A stretch of DNA of 59,138 nt. It comes from a virus. Its lineage: Duplodnaviria; Caudoviricetes. Positions 1 through 9,333 of this stretch are shown here, piece after piece. The first letter of the stretch is position 1; each line of letters opens with the position of its first letter. Position numbers and translations under genes: made by a program. The stretch covers positions 1 through 59,138 of IMG/VR virus record IMGVR_UViG_3300006120_000023. The stretch is one strand, 5' to 3'. A model generated the notes under the pieces. That model did no database searches, had not been told where the DNA came from, and was given only the letters and a program-made list of their open reading frames with translations.

Positions 1-530
1 GCCACTTGAGCTTGCAGGTAGCTGCCCTTGAAGGAAGCACGTGCCGTCTTGACGTTGACACGAGGACCAGCGCCGCGGAGGGTCTGCAGCTGATAGAGGT
101 ACTCGGTCGTACCAACGCGGTCACCGGTGATGGCCGTGTTGCTGACAGGGAACGAGGTCGCCTGAGAGTAGGAACCGCCAACAACCGAGTTAGGGTTGGT
201 GGGGCTGTTACCCGTAGGAACGTTGGGATCGTTGCCGGCCAGACCGTTGGTCCAGACAGGAGTCGAGGAGTTACCCCAGCTCGAAGAAGCGAGGAAGCTC
301 AGGTCACTGTCGTTGACAAACGCAGGGGCTGCGAGTGAGGCACGAGGAACGGCCATTTCCTCAACGATCGAACGAACAACGTCCGAGCTGTTGGGGAGAG
401 TTCCGCCGTCGATTGAGTTGATGAACGGGCTCTTGCGAGCCAGAACACGGGCGATCTGCCCGATAATCCTATTCACATCTTTCGATGCGAAATTCTGGAC
501 TGCGTCCAGACTGACATTTGGTGTTGCCAT
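1..530 (-). CDS. major capsid protein, N-terminal part (runs off the left end of the window)
   Basis: Absent from the ORF track. My translation from ATG at 530 (MATPNVSLDAVQNFASKDVNRIIGQIARVLARKSPFINSIDGGTLPN...TTEYLYQLQTLRGAGPRVNVK...) is open to base 1. It is the last gene of the terL-portal-scaffold block and has its own promoter and long leader. Confidence 0.7.
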   Translation of the reverse strand, partial: MATPNVSLDAVQNFASKDVNRIIGQIARVLARKSPFINSIDGGTLPNSSDVVRSIVEEMAVPRASLAAPAFVNDSDLSFLASSSWGNSSTPVWTNGLAGNDPNVPTGNSPTNPNSVVGGSYSQATSFPVSNTAITGDRVGTTEYLYQLQTLRGAGPRVNVKTARASFKGSYLQAQV

Positions 531-743
531 TTTGGTGGTTGTTTTTCCTCAAGTCACCACCCGTTTTATTTGGTTAGAGTGACAACCCAAGGGTGAACGG
601 CAGCCGCGTGCGGCCACGATTCGAGATTTGGTTTTGTGTCACTCTCCGGCACGCTGAGAGTTTGTTGTTGCGGCCTGTTCAGTGAGTCTTTTTGGCTCTC
701 ACCAAGCCACCGTTATGCGGAAACGGCCTCCCGAGTTGATACG

Positions 744-772
744 CTTTTACCTTGCGTTGTCTTACCCGTCAA
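744..772 (-). promoter_or_regulatory. sigma70-like promoter for the capsid gene, with ACAACGCAA box in the spacer
   Basis: Minus strand TTGACG-17 nt-TAAAAG; the -10 element is imperfect. Confidence 0.45.
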
Positions 773-1065
773 CTCTTTTTTTCAACAATTTCTGCCTCGG
801 CCACGCAGTTGCATTTTATCATGCACTCGATGATTGCCAATTCGGCTGCCTCCACCGCATGCTCATCCACATCCGGAATTGCGGCGTGGATACATTCGTG
901 GATGATAGTTGCCGGCATCTCGGCGCCCGGGCGAATGTAGATTGTGTGGGCGTCGAAGTCACAGAGACCTACCGCGTCAGGGGCATTGGGCGGAGCCTTC
1001 CTCAATACTTTCCACCAACGCCCGCGGATCTTGACCTTGAAGTTTTTGAAAGAAGGCTTTGCCAT
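769..1065 (-). CDS. small zincin-like (HExxH) metallopeptidase-domain protein
   Basis: GLCDFDAHTIYI...TIIHECIHA...EHAVE: HExxH plus a downstream Glu, a typical phage minimal zincin. Confidence 0.7.
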   Translation of the reverse strand: MAKPSFKNFKVKIRGRWWKVLRKAPPNAPDAVGLCDFDAHTIYIRPGAEMPATIIHECIHAAIPDVDEHAVEAAELAIIECMIKCNCVAEAEIVEKKS

Positions 1066-1083
1066 ACATTGACAAAGTAGCTT

Positions 1084-1779
1084 CTACCGGCAGATTTCTT
1101 CAAGCTCTTTCCGGATCTGGTCATTCAATCCACCCCAGCTCCATTCTTGGCGGATAAAGACAGGGAAGTCTGCTTGATCTTTCCAAGTAAATAGGTCGTG
1201 GGCGTACTGCCAAGCCCAAGCCCCCATAGACTCGTACTCGATAAATTGACGGTAAGGCTGGGCTTCAACGTAGTGCGCCAGCGGAGCCCGGTGGCGTATT
1301 TCAACAAAGTTCCGGTACTCTTGATAGACTTCCCGCGGGTAGGTGAACGGGTGCCGGCGCATGAAGGAATACTCGCTTTTGAACCCAAGAATTTTTTCAA
1401 CGATGGGTGGCCAAGGGTTGTATTCTGGACCAAACGGATGGAAAAGATACACGGGTTTCCCATCCTCCATAAGATCCTCAGGGCATACATCGCGGATCCA
1501 CACGCAATCGGAATCCGTGTGGCAGATATAATCGGCGTCGGTGTAAAGATCCGCATGCAGTTTATCGCTCATCTGCTGGATGTACCCATCCCCCCAATCC
1601 CTTCCAGTGCGGTGGATAATGTACCCGGGGACGTCTCCCAAAAGGTCTGCGTCATGATCGCTTATCAGCAAATGTTTTTGGCGAAAACCTTTGAGATGTT
1701 TTTCTCCAGAACGGATACAGTATTGAAGCCAGTCAAAATCTCCTCGATAGGTCCGGATTACGATGTCGGTAGAGCTCAT
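1084..1779 (-). CDS. GT-A fold glycosyltransferase-like protein
   Basis: Likely start MSSTDIVIRTY at 1779 (ATGA overlap with the upstream stop). DIVIRTY first strand; DxD motif in ICHTDSDCVW. Confidence 0.65.
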   Translation of the reverse strand: MSSTDIVIRTYRGDFDWLQYCIRSGEKHLKGFRQKHLLISDHDADLLGDVPGYIIHRTGRDWGDGYIQQMSDKLHADLYTDADYICHTDSDCVWIRDVCPEDLMEDGKPVYLFHPFGPEYNPWPPIVEKILGFKSEYSFMRRHPFTYPREVYQEYRNFVEIRHRAPLAHYVEAQPYRQFIEYESMGAWAWQYAHDLFTWKDQADFPVFIRQEWSWGGLNDQIRKELEEICR

Positions 1780-2504
1780 AGGTTTGCGTAGTTCAGGAAA
1801 ATGTTTTTTGCCGAGGAGTCCTTTACTCCGTGAAGGATTGCGTACCCGGCATTTTTCAGGTGTAAAAATTCTTCTTCGGTACAGGTCGGATACTTGAACC
1901 AGTTCACGATACGCTTGCTGATTTCCCAACCCAGTTGTTTGAAGATAGGGGCAAGGTAGGTGTCCCAAGCTTTTGTTCCGGGGGAAAGAAAACATTGTGA
2001 GGACGCCCGGGCCATGTCGGTCCGGAACATCATGTTTCCGTTGATGTGCCCAAGCTTGGGATGATCTTGATTGAGCGGGCTCCAGTCTCCCAAGACCATG
2101 CAGGGCTGCTTTTGATCCCATTCTTCGGAGAGCATTCTCAACCAATCTTGATTGATTGGGCTGACATCTCCCTCAATGCACAGGACCGCTTTGTATTCTT
2201 GGAAATCTTTCCACAAATAAAAGCGCTCCTCGCAGAACATTACCAGACTGTGCCACAGGCCATTGCAACCCTGAGGATACCCGACCTCATGGACGCCACC
2301 TTTTTGTACAATCACTTTGTTAAAATTACGGCACAGTTTTTTTAACAGTTCCTCGTCTGGCGGAGTCGCGTCAAACCGATAGAAAACAAGCAGGTCTGCC
2401 CAAGGATTGTTTGGCTCCACCGTCTCGGAAAATAATTCCAGAAGCTCAAGGGCATCTTTTCGGTCCCCGTCCCAATACTGGAGTGCGACCAAAAATTTCT
2501 TCAC
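1776..2504 (-). CDS. putative glycosyltransferase (GT-A-like)
   Basis: VLCIEGDVSP (ExD variant of DxD), HINGNMMF, AWD and C-terminal HGVKD; coupled to neighbouring GT genes. Confidence 0.5.
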   Translation of the reverse strand: MKKFLVALQYWDGDRKDALELLELFSETVEPNNPWADLLVFYRFDATPPDEELLKKLCRNFNKVIVQKGGVHEVGYPQGCNGLWHSLVMFCEERFYLWKDFQEYKAVLCIEGDVSPINQDWLRMLSEEWDQKQPCMVLGDWSPLNQDHPKLGHINGNMMFRTDMARASSQCFLSPGTKAWDTYLAPIFKQLGWEISKRIVNWFKYPTCTEEEFLHLKNAGYAILHGVKDSSAKNIFLNYANL

Positions 2505-3157
2505 TTTGCCTTCCGATTAGATTTTTTCTTTGGGACAACGACTGGAGCCGGCTGCAGAAAATTGGAGAAAATTCTTGTCATGGCCTCCGATTTCTTTTCT
2601 CCGTCGAGCGGATTGTTGACATGCAGCAGGGGGACATCGGTAAAATAATCCTTGTTGATTTTCAAGATGTCACATTCGTCGAGGGTGCTGGTCCAATCAG
2701 GAGGGACAAACATTTCACCAAAGGTAAAGTCCCTGCAGGCAGCGATTGCCGCTGCTGGGTTGGCGTAGATAATCCACGCCTTCTCTCCTTTGGGAACGGC
2801 GATGTCGGCTTCCTTTTCAATCTCCTCGGCCATAGCCGGGGTGAATCCAAGGTTGAGCACATCGTAATCTGTAACCCACCCGCCGTTGCCCACGTGAAGA
2901 CCTCCCCAGCGTACAAACCGGGCAATCATTCTCTCCAGAACTTCGTTGGTGATCCCGGGGTTGAACTGGCGCAGCCCCATGATTCGAGCCATAATGCTGT
3001 TTGCCCAAGGAGAGATGGACACATGGCTTGTGTTGAGCATCACGCATTCCCAGCCGTGAAGCTCCCAGCTTTTCTTCCAGAGATTGGCCTGAGCGAACTC
3101 TTCCTCCTGAGGGATCGAGAGGATGGAACGATAGAAGGCGTAGACTTTTTTTCTCAT
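2501..3157 (-). CDS. putative glycosyltransferase (DxD sugar-nucleotide-binding type)
   Basis: Likely start MRKKVYAFY at 3157. LWKKSW..HGW, RFVRW and GGWVTDYDVLN resemble the GGxYxDxD motif of GT32-like proteins. Confidence 0.55.
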   Translation of the reverse strand: MRKKVYAFYRSILSIPQEEEFAQANLWKKSWELHGWECVMLNTSHVSISPWANSIMARIMGLRQFNPGITNEVLERMIARFVRWGGLHVGNGGWVTDYDVLNLGFTPAMAEEIEKEADIAVPKGEKAWIIYANPAAAIAACRDFTFGEMFVPPDWTSTLDECDILKINKDYFTDVPLLHVNNPLDGEKKSEAMTRIFSNFLQPAPVVVPKKKSNRKAK

Positions 3158-3158
3158 A

Positions 3159-4202
3159 TCAATAGATTCCGTAGCCGACGTGGAACACTGGGAGCCCCAA
3201 GTCAATGTGTGGTTGGTGTCCGGATCCCTTTGCCCTGAGGCAGAAGGAAACGTCTTCTCCGCTGCCGTCGTCTTTGGGCTGGAAGAAATTGAAGGCTCCG
3301 TCGGATTTGACTGACGCAAGCTCCGGGTGCTTCTTTTGGATGTCCTCAAATACCGTGCGGTGGACAAGCATGCAGCCGGTCGCCACCCAATCCACGGGAA
3401 TGATTGCGTCCTCGTAAGCTTTCGCCCGCGGAGCCAGCGACAGGTCACTGCACATCAGGGCGCCGTTCTCTTGACGCCCGAAGTAAGCCCCTCCAATGAG
3501 TGTCTTACCTGATCCGATAAGTCGATGCAATACATGCCGTTGCAACGGAACATCCGTCATCGTTCTGGTCTTTGACGGAACCCATGCCCGCATCCACCCC
3601 GGGCGACCGATCGAGGGGATGATGTCGTCATCCACCATCAGTAGCCACTTGGCGTCGGTCTCGAGGAATTGCTTTGCCAGCCTGTTCCTTGAATGATAGA
3701 TCATCGCGTCGCCGATCGACATTTCGTACCGGATTTTTTCCCGGCCAAAGTCAAGAGCCATAGCAATCAAAGCAAACGCCGTGACTGGGTTGGTGGTCTT
3801 GTAGCAGGGGAACCCAATCATGATGTCGCGTCCCTCGAACTCGCAGCGATAGGATGGAAGTCCCTCGGGGCTGCGGTATTCGATCACAGGGTTTGCCGAC
3901 TTCTCTTCCTTTTTGGCCTTGGGCGGCTTCAAAGTCTTGAGATTTCGTGCAGGCTTGGGTTCTTCTAAATCGACTGTGGAACGCTGTGGAACATCACTTT
4001 TTGGCTCAAAATCGACATTTTCCGGAATTAACGGGGGTGTTTCAGCCGGTTTCGCGGGGGTTTCGTTCCATTTTGGGTCAAATTGTCTTACCTCGGGAAC
4101 GACGGGCACGCCGTTACGCAGCATCTGGGTTGCGGGACCCTGAGCGGCAAACGGATTCGTGGACGCGGTGTATCTGACGGTGTTGACTTCGTCTCGGTTC
4201 AT
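3159..4202 (-). CDS. GT2-like glycosyltransferase with Pro-rich N-terminal extension
   Basis: SRNRLAKQFLETDAKWLLMVDDDI, VATGCMLVHRTVFE and GEDVSFCLRAK...HVG are typical phage GT2 motifs. Confidence 0.8.
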   Translation of the reverse strand: MNRDEVNTVRYTASTNPFAAQGPATQMLRNGVPVVPEVRQFDPKWNETPAKPAETPPLIPENVDFEPKSDVPQRSTVDLEEPKPARNLKTLKPPKAKKEEKSANPVIEYRSPEGLPSYRCEFEGRDIMIGFPCYKTTNPVTAFALIAMALDFGREKIRYEMSIGDAMIYHSRNRLAKQFLETDAKWLLMVDDDIIPSIGRPGWMRAWVPSKTRTMTDVPLQRHVLHRLIGSGKTLIGGAYFGRQENGALMCSDLSLAPRAKAYEDAIIPVDWVATGCMLVHRTVFEDIQKKHPELASVKSDGAFNFFQPKDDGSGEDVSFCLRAKGSGHQPHIDLGLPVFHVGYGIY

Positions 4203-4234
4203 TTAGGGTATAGGCTAAATTTATTTTTGAATGA

Positions 4235-5545
4235 TTAGACCCCAGCCTCATCGAGGCCCATGTCGATCGCGTCGCCGGCGTTCATCTTCCAACGATCGTT
4301 TGTGCTAGCATTAGTTTTTGAGGATGTGGCATTTGCAGAAGCTTTAGGCGTGCGACCGGCCATCTTGAGCTGGCTGTTCTCCTGCTCAAGTTGCTTGAGG
4401 CGGGTCTCCATCTCAGCCTTTGCCGTCTGCTCGATCTTGAGCTGGTTGGCAAGGACGTGGGAGAAAGTTGCCGCGGCTGCGATCTCAGTGCGGGCCTTGT
4501 AGTCGGTAGGCCACAGCGAAGCGTTGAACCGCTGCTGCAGCTCCGCAACCCTCGTGTTGTGCGTCTGCACCTTCTGGGCTTCCTCCGGGGAGGCGTTGGC
4601 AGGGACTTCCTTGAACCGAGCCCAAGGCACATCCTTGGTCAAGTTTTCAAGCTCCTTGGCAATGTTCTGAGTCTCGGTCTGGTACCACTGAGCTCTCTCG
4701 TTCTTTTTGGCCTCGAGGATCTCTTCGCCTTTGGTGGCGAGGTCATTGTATTCCTTCTCCTGCTGCTCGCGCAGGTCAGCTACCTTGAGGAGGTTCTGTT
4801 CAAGTTTCTTGGAGTCAAGCAGCTCGAGCTTGTCGAGCACGTTCTGCTTCCACCAAGCACCGGAGACCTTGTCAGGACCGCCGGCTTTTTCAATCGACGA
4901 GATGGTTTCCTCGGAGGCGCCGTTCTTCTTGAGGATGGAATAGATGCTTTCCTTTGCCTCGGAGATTGGGGTCTCGTACTTGCTCTTGAGCTCGGGATCG
5001 TTCTTGAGATCAAAGATCTGCTTGAACTTGCGGAGCTCCTCGTAATCCTCAGGCGTCTGGCGCGGGCTCTGCTCAAGCTCAGTCAGCCTTTGGCGGAGCT
5101 GTGCCGCCTCAACCGCTTCCTTTTTGTAGCGGGAAGCTGTCTCTTGAAGTTTTTTCCAGTTGCTTTGATTCGACTCGCTGAGGTTGCGTGGCTGTTCAAT
5201 CGCCGCGATCTCGGGGTCGATTTCTTCTGACTGCTGAACGGGTTGCTCAGGCTCAGGAGTCTTATCCCCCGGGGCAGTAGGATCTTCAGGAGGTGTTGCA
5301 GGAATGTCATTTTCAGGTGTCTGGTTGAGGTCCTCGTTGAGGAAATTTTCATCCTCGGTAGGGTTTGCGGCAGGTGCGGACTCTTCAGGCTCGGAGGGCT
5401 TGAGAGCTTCTTCGGCAAGCGCGGCGTCGTCGATCTTGTCGAACTCGTCCAAGAAGCTCGGATCCACTGGGTCGGGGTCAAGGCGCGGGGCAGAGAATCC
5501 TGTCACGCCGTTGTCTGGTACTATGTTTTCAATGTCGTCACTCAT
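4235..5545 (-). CDS. putative capsid scaffolding protein
   Basis: Acidic Pro-rich disordered N-terminus and long coiled coils; lies between portal and capsid genes. Confidence 0.6.
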   Translation of the reverse strand: MSDDIENIVPDNGVTGFSAPRLDPDPVDPSFLDEFDKIDDAALAEEALKPSEPEESAPAANPTEDENFLNEDLNQTPENDIPATPPEDPTAPGDKTPEPEQPVQQSEEIDPEIAAIEQPRNLSESNQSNWKKLQETASRYKKEAVEAAQLRQRLTELEQSPRQTPEDYEELRKFKQIFDLKNDPELKSKYETPISEAKESIYSILKKNGASEETISSIEKAGGPDKVSGAWWKQNVLDKLELLDSKKLEQNLLKVADLREQQEKEYNDLATKGEEILEAKKNERAQWYQTETQNIAKELENLTKDVPWARFKEVPANASPEEAQKVQTHNTRVAELQQRFNASLWPTDYKARTEIAAAATFSHVLANQLKIEQTAKAEMETRLKQLEQENSQLKMAGRTPKASANATSSKTNASTNDRWKMNAGDAIDMGLDEAGV

Positions 5546-5548
5546 ATT

Positions 5549-5788
5549 TTACATGGTTGTGAATCCGGTTCCGGATCCGTCTGTTTGTGTTTTTTGTTCC
5601 GTCAAAAGTTCGTCAATGACGTTAAGGATGTATTCTGCGCCGGACTTTTCCTTGGAGGATAGTGCCACGGCCTCGATCGTGTCTCCCCGGAGTTGGGGGA
5701 CACGTGTTCTCAGGTAGGCGCGGAGCCTGCTGCTTGTTGACTGGTCGTACTTCCTGAGATGTACGGAGTCCGTTGATGTCCATTCCAT
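5549..5788 (-). CDS. hypothetical protein (head module)
   Basis: 79-aa ORF filling the gap between neighbours, with an A/T-rich leader. Confidence 0.65.
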   Translation of the reverse strand: MEWTSTDSVHLRKYDQSTSSRLRAYLRTRVPQLRGDTIEAVALSSKEKSGAEYILNVIDELLTEQKTQTDGSGTGFTTM

Positions 5789-5812
5789 AAATTATTTTAT
5801 CCCGACGATTTT

Positions 5813-6094
5813 TTATTTTTGTTTTTCGGCGTCTCTGAGTCCTTGTTCGATTGCGTCTTCGGCCTTCAGGTTTTGGGCCTTTGCGTCACGTCCGTAGGCA
5901 TTCGGAGAATCCGCGGAGGGCTTCTCAAGCTTGGACGCGGCTTCGTCCTCAGCCCTCTGGGCCGGCGTCAGGATAGCGTTTCCCTTGGTGTCAACCCTTC
6001 CGACGGGAAGGCTTGCGGCTGCTCCCGCGGGCTTTGCAGCTTCGCCGGAGTAGTCAACGAGGTTTTGGTCTTTTGTGGGGTTGAATCCGCCCAT
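5813..6094 (-). CDS. small Ala-rich protein with scaffold-like C-terminal motif
   Basis: 93 aa, ending AEDAIEQGLRDAEKQK. Confidence 0.65.
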   Translation of the reverse strand: MGGFNPTKDQNLVDYSGEAAKPAGAAASLPVGRVDTKGNAILTPAQRAEDEAASKLEKPSADSPNAYGRDAKAQNLKAEDAIEQGLRDAEKQK

Positions 6095-6109
6095 AGTTTT
6101 GGTTGGTTG

Positions 6110-8527
6110 TTAAGCTGCCGTTGGAGGCTTAGGTGGGTTTGCGATGTTGGAGATTGCGTTGTCCTGACCGGGCTCCGGGGTGGCCAGTGCTGCTGCCTGT
6201 GCCGTGGGGGCGTGGGGCGCACGTCCGTGACCGCGGGGAGCTCCGTGAGTCATAGCCGCGGCGGGTGCCACATTGTCGGGAACCTTCGGCACCATGCCGC
6301 CGGAGAGATGGTTGACTGCTTGGTGCATGGCGTCGTAGTACGGGGCGAGTGCCTTGTGCGGTGTGCCCTTGGCCTCGGCCTGCTTCAAGTGCCCGGCAAA
6401 ATGCTTGATGGCCTCGGTCAGGGGCTGCACCAGCTCCGGAGTCAAGGCGCCGGCTGGGGCCTTGGAAATGACGGGGAACAGCTTCTGCGCCATCGTCTGG
6501 ATGTGTACCATGTCGTTGTCGCGTGGGCTGACGGGGACTTCCTGCCCGGCCATGATCGACTGGAGCTCGATGACCTGCTGGCGGGTGGCCTCGATCGCAA
6601 TCGCTTCGACTTGGTCCTTGGGAAGGATCAGTGTGTTGGCGATCTCCTCACCGAGCTTGCGGCTGATGTCGAGCTTCATGAGCTCGTCTTGGTTGACGTT
6701 CGGGTTGCCGGCGTAGCGTTCAATCGTCAGGTCAAGCAGCTGTGCATCCTGAGCCGTGGTGTCCGGCATGAGCTCGACCGCCGAACTGTAGGCAAGCAGC
6801 AGGATGTCCGAGGGAGGGACATTGCGCTCCAGCATGTTTAGGCAGCAAGCGATGGCGTCCTCGTCCAAGTGAGGAGGCACCTCGAAAGGAATCAGGAACT
6901 GCGGGGTCTCTAGGAAGCTCCGGTCAAAGGCGTCAACCACCTCGCGGCGTGCCCAGACAGCCTCGGCAATTCCATTCTGCCGGGCCATGTCCAGAAGAGC
7001 TTTGACGTCGGCAGCGGCCTTTACGTGCTCAGGATGGCAGATACCGCGCTGGATCCTCTCGACCCCGCGGGAAACCTGCTTGCTCCAGCGCATGAGCACT
7101 CCCTCGCGCAGCTGATTCTCGATTGCTGCAACGCGGTTGACTTCACTCGCCGTGCGCTTGCCCTGCTTTTCTCCAAGCGGTTCGCCGGGAAGGAAGGTGC
7201 CAATCTGGATCTCAGCCAGCCCGCTGATGAATTGGTCGAGCCTCAGGAAATCGTCAACGTCCGCCGGCAGCTGGGTCGGGATCACTTCGTAGCCTTCCGA
7301 CACGTAGGCCACCGGATGGGTGACCGTCAGGGGAGGCACGCCGGGCTTTGCGTTCGGCCCTTTCTTGAGGAGCAGCATCCCCTTGAGATAGACGTTGTCC
7401 ACAACCAAGTTGCGGGCCTTGTCAATCGCCACATGTGTGTTGTATAGATCACGGCCTGCACCGCGGCTGGACATCAGCCCACCGCTCCCGATCTCAACGG
7501 CGAACAGGGCCAAGCATTCATTCATCCCGTTAAACCGGTCAAGCTGGGTGCAGATCTCATCACCCGACTTGTCGTCGAACAGGAAGCGGGAAACCTTGCC
7601 GTTGGGCTCGCGCACAAACAATTCACCGAGCTCCACATATTTTGCGTCGTTCTCGTAGGAGGCGCCGTAGCTGCCCTCGCGGAACCAATCCTCGTACCTT
7701 CTGGCATCGTCATCCGCGTCAAGCGTGCGTCCCGCGGGGATCGCGTTGTTGATTGACTTGATCAGGTTGTTGATGTGCCAGCCGGCGGCTGCCGAAAGTC
7801 TGGGGGTCTCAAGCACCGGAAGGAGATCGGCAATCTGGTAGCGCCTCTTGCGGCCAAAGATCTGGGTCTGGCTCGTCTCCTGCGGGGTCTCGATTGAAAA
7901 GAAAGTGTAGTCCTGCCGCATGAACTCGGGCTTCCAATCCCGGAGGTCATCCCACACCCAGCCACAATATCCGAAGCAGGTGTTCTCGTGGGTCGTCTGT
8001 GCAACAAGGTCATCCCAACCGCGCCAAGAACGGATGGTCTTCGTGATCTCTTCGCGGAAAACTTTTGTCTTGTGATCCGCATCGACCGACTCAATCGGGT
8101 AGGCGGAGTAGGTCAGATAGGTTGCCTGCTCTACGACCTGACGGAACGGGGGCTGGATCCTCGACACCATCGTCGAAAGGAATCCGGTCGGGCGGTTGCT
8201 GCGCCAGTCCTGACCCATCGACTCGAGCACCTTGGGCTTGTACGGGGTCTCGTTGTTGAGTTTGCGCTGGATGAGCTGATTCTTTTTATTGCGCTCAACG
8301 TTCTGCTGCTTGAGCCTGCGATAGGCAGACCACGCACCGGCTGCGTCCTTGAAGGTGCGCCGTACCTGCAGGGTGTCCTTGTCAACGGTGTCAACGTCCG
8401 CGTTGGTGGGGTTGACGATCTCAAGCTGCAGAGTCTGGGGACGGGAATGGGCGTCCTTGATCTTCGGCGCCCGGTGAGCATAGGCGTCGCTGATTTTTGG
8501 ATCTAGGGGCTTGAGTACGTCGGCCAT
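6110..8527 (-). CDS. portal protein
   Basis: 805 aa, downstream of terL. RTASEV motif common in podoviral portals; largely helical with a Pro/Ala-rich tail. Confidence 0.75.
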   Translation of the reverse strand: MADVLKPLDPKISDAYAHRAPKIKDAHSRPQTLQLEIVNPTNADVDTVDKDTLQVRRTFKDAAGAWSAYRRLKQQNVERNKKNQLIQRKLNNETPYKPKVLESMGQDWRSNRPTGFLSTMVSRIQPPFRQVVEQATYLTYSAYPIESVDADHKTKVFREEITKTIRSWRGWDDLVAQTTHENTCFGYCGWVWDDLRDWKPEFMRQDYTFFSIETPQETSQTQIFGRKRRYQIADLLPVLETPRLSAAAGWHINNLIKSINNAIPAGRTLDADDDARRYEDWFREGSYGASYENDAKYVELGELFVREPNGKVSRFLFDDKSGDEICTQLDRFNGMNECLALFAVEIGSGGLMSSRGAGRDLYNTHVAIDKARNLVVDNVYLKGMLLLKKGPNAKPGVPPLTVTHPVAYVSEGYEVIPTQLPADVDDFLRLDQFISGLAEIQIGTFLPGEPLGEKQGKRTASEVNRVAAIENQLREGVLMRWSKQVSRGVERIQRGICHPEHVKAAADVKALLDMARQNGIAEAVWARREVVDAFDRSFLETPQFLIPFEVPPHLDEDAIACCLNMLERNVPPSDILLLAYSSAVELMPDTTAQDAQLLDLTIERYAGNPNVNQDELMKLDISRKLGEEIANTLILPKDQVEAIAIEATRQQVIELQSIMAGQEVPVSPRDNDMVHIQTMAQKLFPVISKAPAGALTPELVQPLTEAIKHFAGHLKQAEAKGTPHKALAPYYDAMHQAVNHLSGGMVPKVPDNVAPAAAMTHGAPRGHGRAPHAPTAQAAALATPEPGQDNAISNIANPPKPPTAA

Positions 8528-8531
8528 AGGA

Positions 8532-9140
8532 TTATTTGTTTAACCAGCAGAAATCGGGAATGTTGGAGGATTGTGCGAGGTCTTCTGGGTTCAGGAAAAC
8601 TGCGGCGCGGTTGTCGTGCCGGAGTATCGAGCATCCACCAAGAACTGCTGTTGAAGCTGTTTCTCTAGCTTGTCTTACGCTCGCTGACAAGCGATCAGTT
8701 GCAACAATGCAGGATCCGCACCCTCCGCGCCAGTTGACATTGTACGGACAGCGCCCGCAAATCTTTGCCCTAGCCTCGGCCAACTCGTCTCCAACAAGCG
8801 GGTGCTCACGTTGCGCGGAGAGAAGATTTTTGGCCCAAGTCTGGATGTCGCTGAGCAGTTCCTGAATGTTCCAGTTGGCCGGCTTGCGGGTGACAACGAC
8901 GTCCTCAACGTGGTGGCAGAAGTCCGGCCACTGGCCGCAAATGTAGTCGGCGACATCTTCCTTGGTCCGGTTGTTGGGTATGGCGTTCTCGGCACGGAAG
9001 CTCTCGACCTTCTTGTAGAGATCGTCAATCGTGTCTGCATGTATTCGGACGTCGCCTTGGTAGTAGTGGAAACCACTAGGCGGAACCATCCCTCTGATAG
9101 GTTTAGCCACGGAGGGGGAATACTGCATTTGTAATGCCAT
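8532..9140 (-). CDS. Cys-rich hypothetical protein (metal-binding or disulfide-bonded)
   Basis: ARAKICGRCPYN, GCGSC, GGCSIL and PDFCWL motifs. Confidence 0.7.
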   Translation of the reverse strand: MALQMQYSPSVAKPIRGMVPPSGFHYYQGDVRIHADTIDDLYKKVESFRAENAIPNNRTKEDVADYICGQWPDFCHHVEDVVVTRKPANWNIQELLSDIQTWAKNLLSAQREHPLVGDELAEARAKICGRCPYNVNWRGGCGSCIVATDRLSASVRQARETASTAVLGGCSILRHDNRAAVFLNPEDLAQSSNIPDFCWLNK

Positions 9141-9154
9141 GTCAATAATTTGTT

Positions 9155-9228
9155 TGGCTACCCCTCATGGACTCGAACCATGACAAACAGAGTCAAAGTC
9201 TGTTGTGCTACCATTACACCAAAGGGTA
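9155..9228 (-). tRNA. trnQ: tRNA-Gln (anticodon UUG)
   Basis: TACCCTT/AGGGGTA acceptor stem, GGTGTAATGGTAGCAC D arm, ACAGA-CTTTGAC-TCTGT anticodon arm, GGTTCGAGTCC T loop, encoded CCA. Confidence 0.95.
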
Positions 9229-9231
9229 AAG

Positions 9232-9327
9232 TCTCCCGCCCCGGCTCGTCAGCCGGTTGTATGGCACGCGGGGTGGCCACTCCTTGAGCTTGCACGAACC
9301 CATTGGGTCCGAAGAGGCATGGGGAGA
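9232..9327 (-). ncRNA. candidate structured RNA between terL and tRNA-Gln
   Basis: Closing stem TCTCCC/GGGAGA; inner hairpins CGGACCC-AAT-GGGTTCG and CCGGCT-GACG-AGCCGG. Confidence 0.4.
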
Positions 9328-9333
9328 AGATTG

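Noticed and set aside
9241-9256. CTGACGAG on the minus strand, resembling a hammerhead ribozyme core
   Set aside because: It lies within a simple hairpin, and no matching GAAA and stem arrangement follows.
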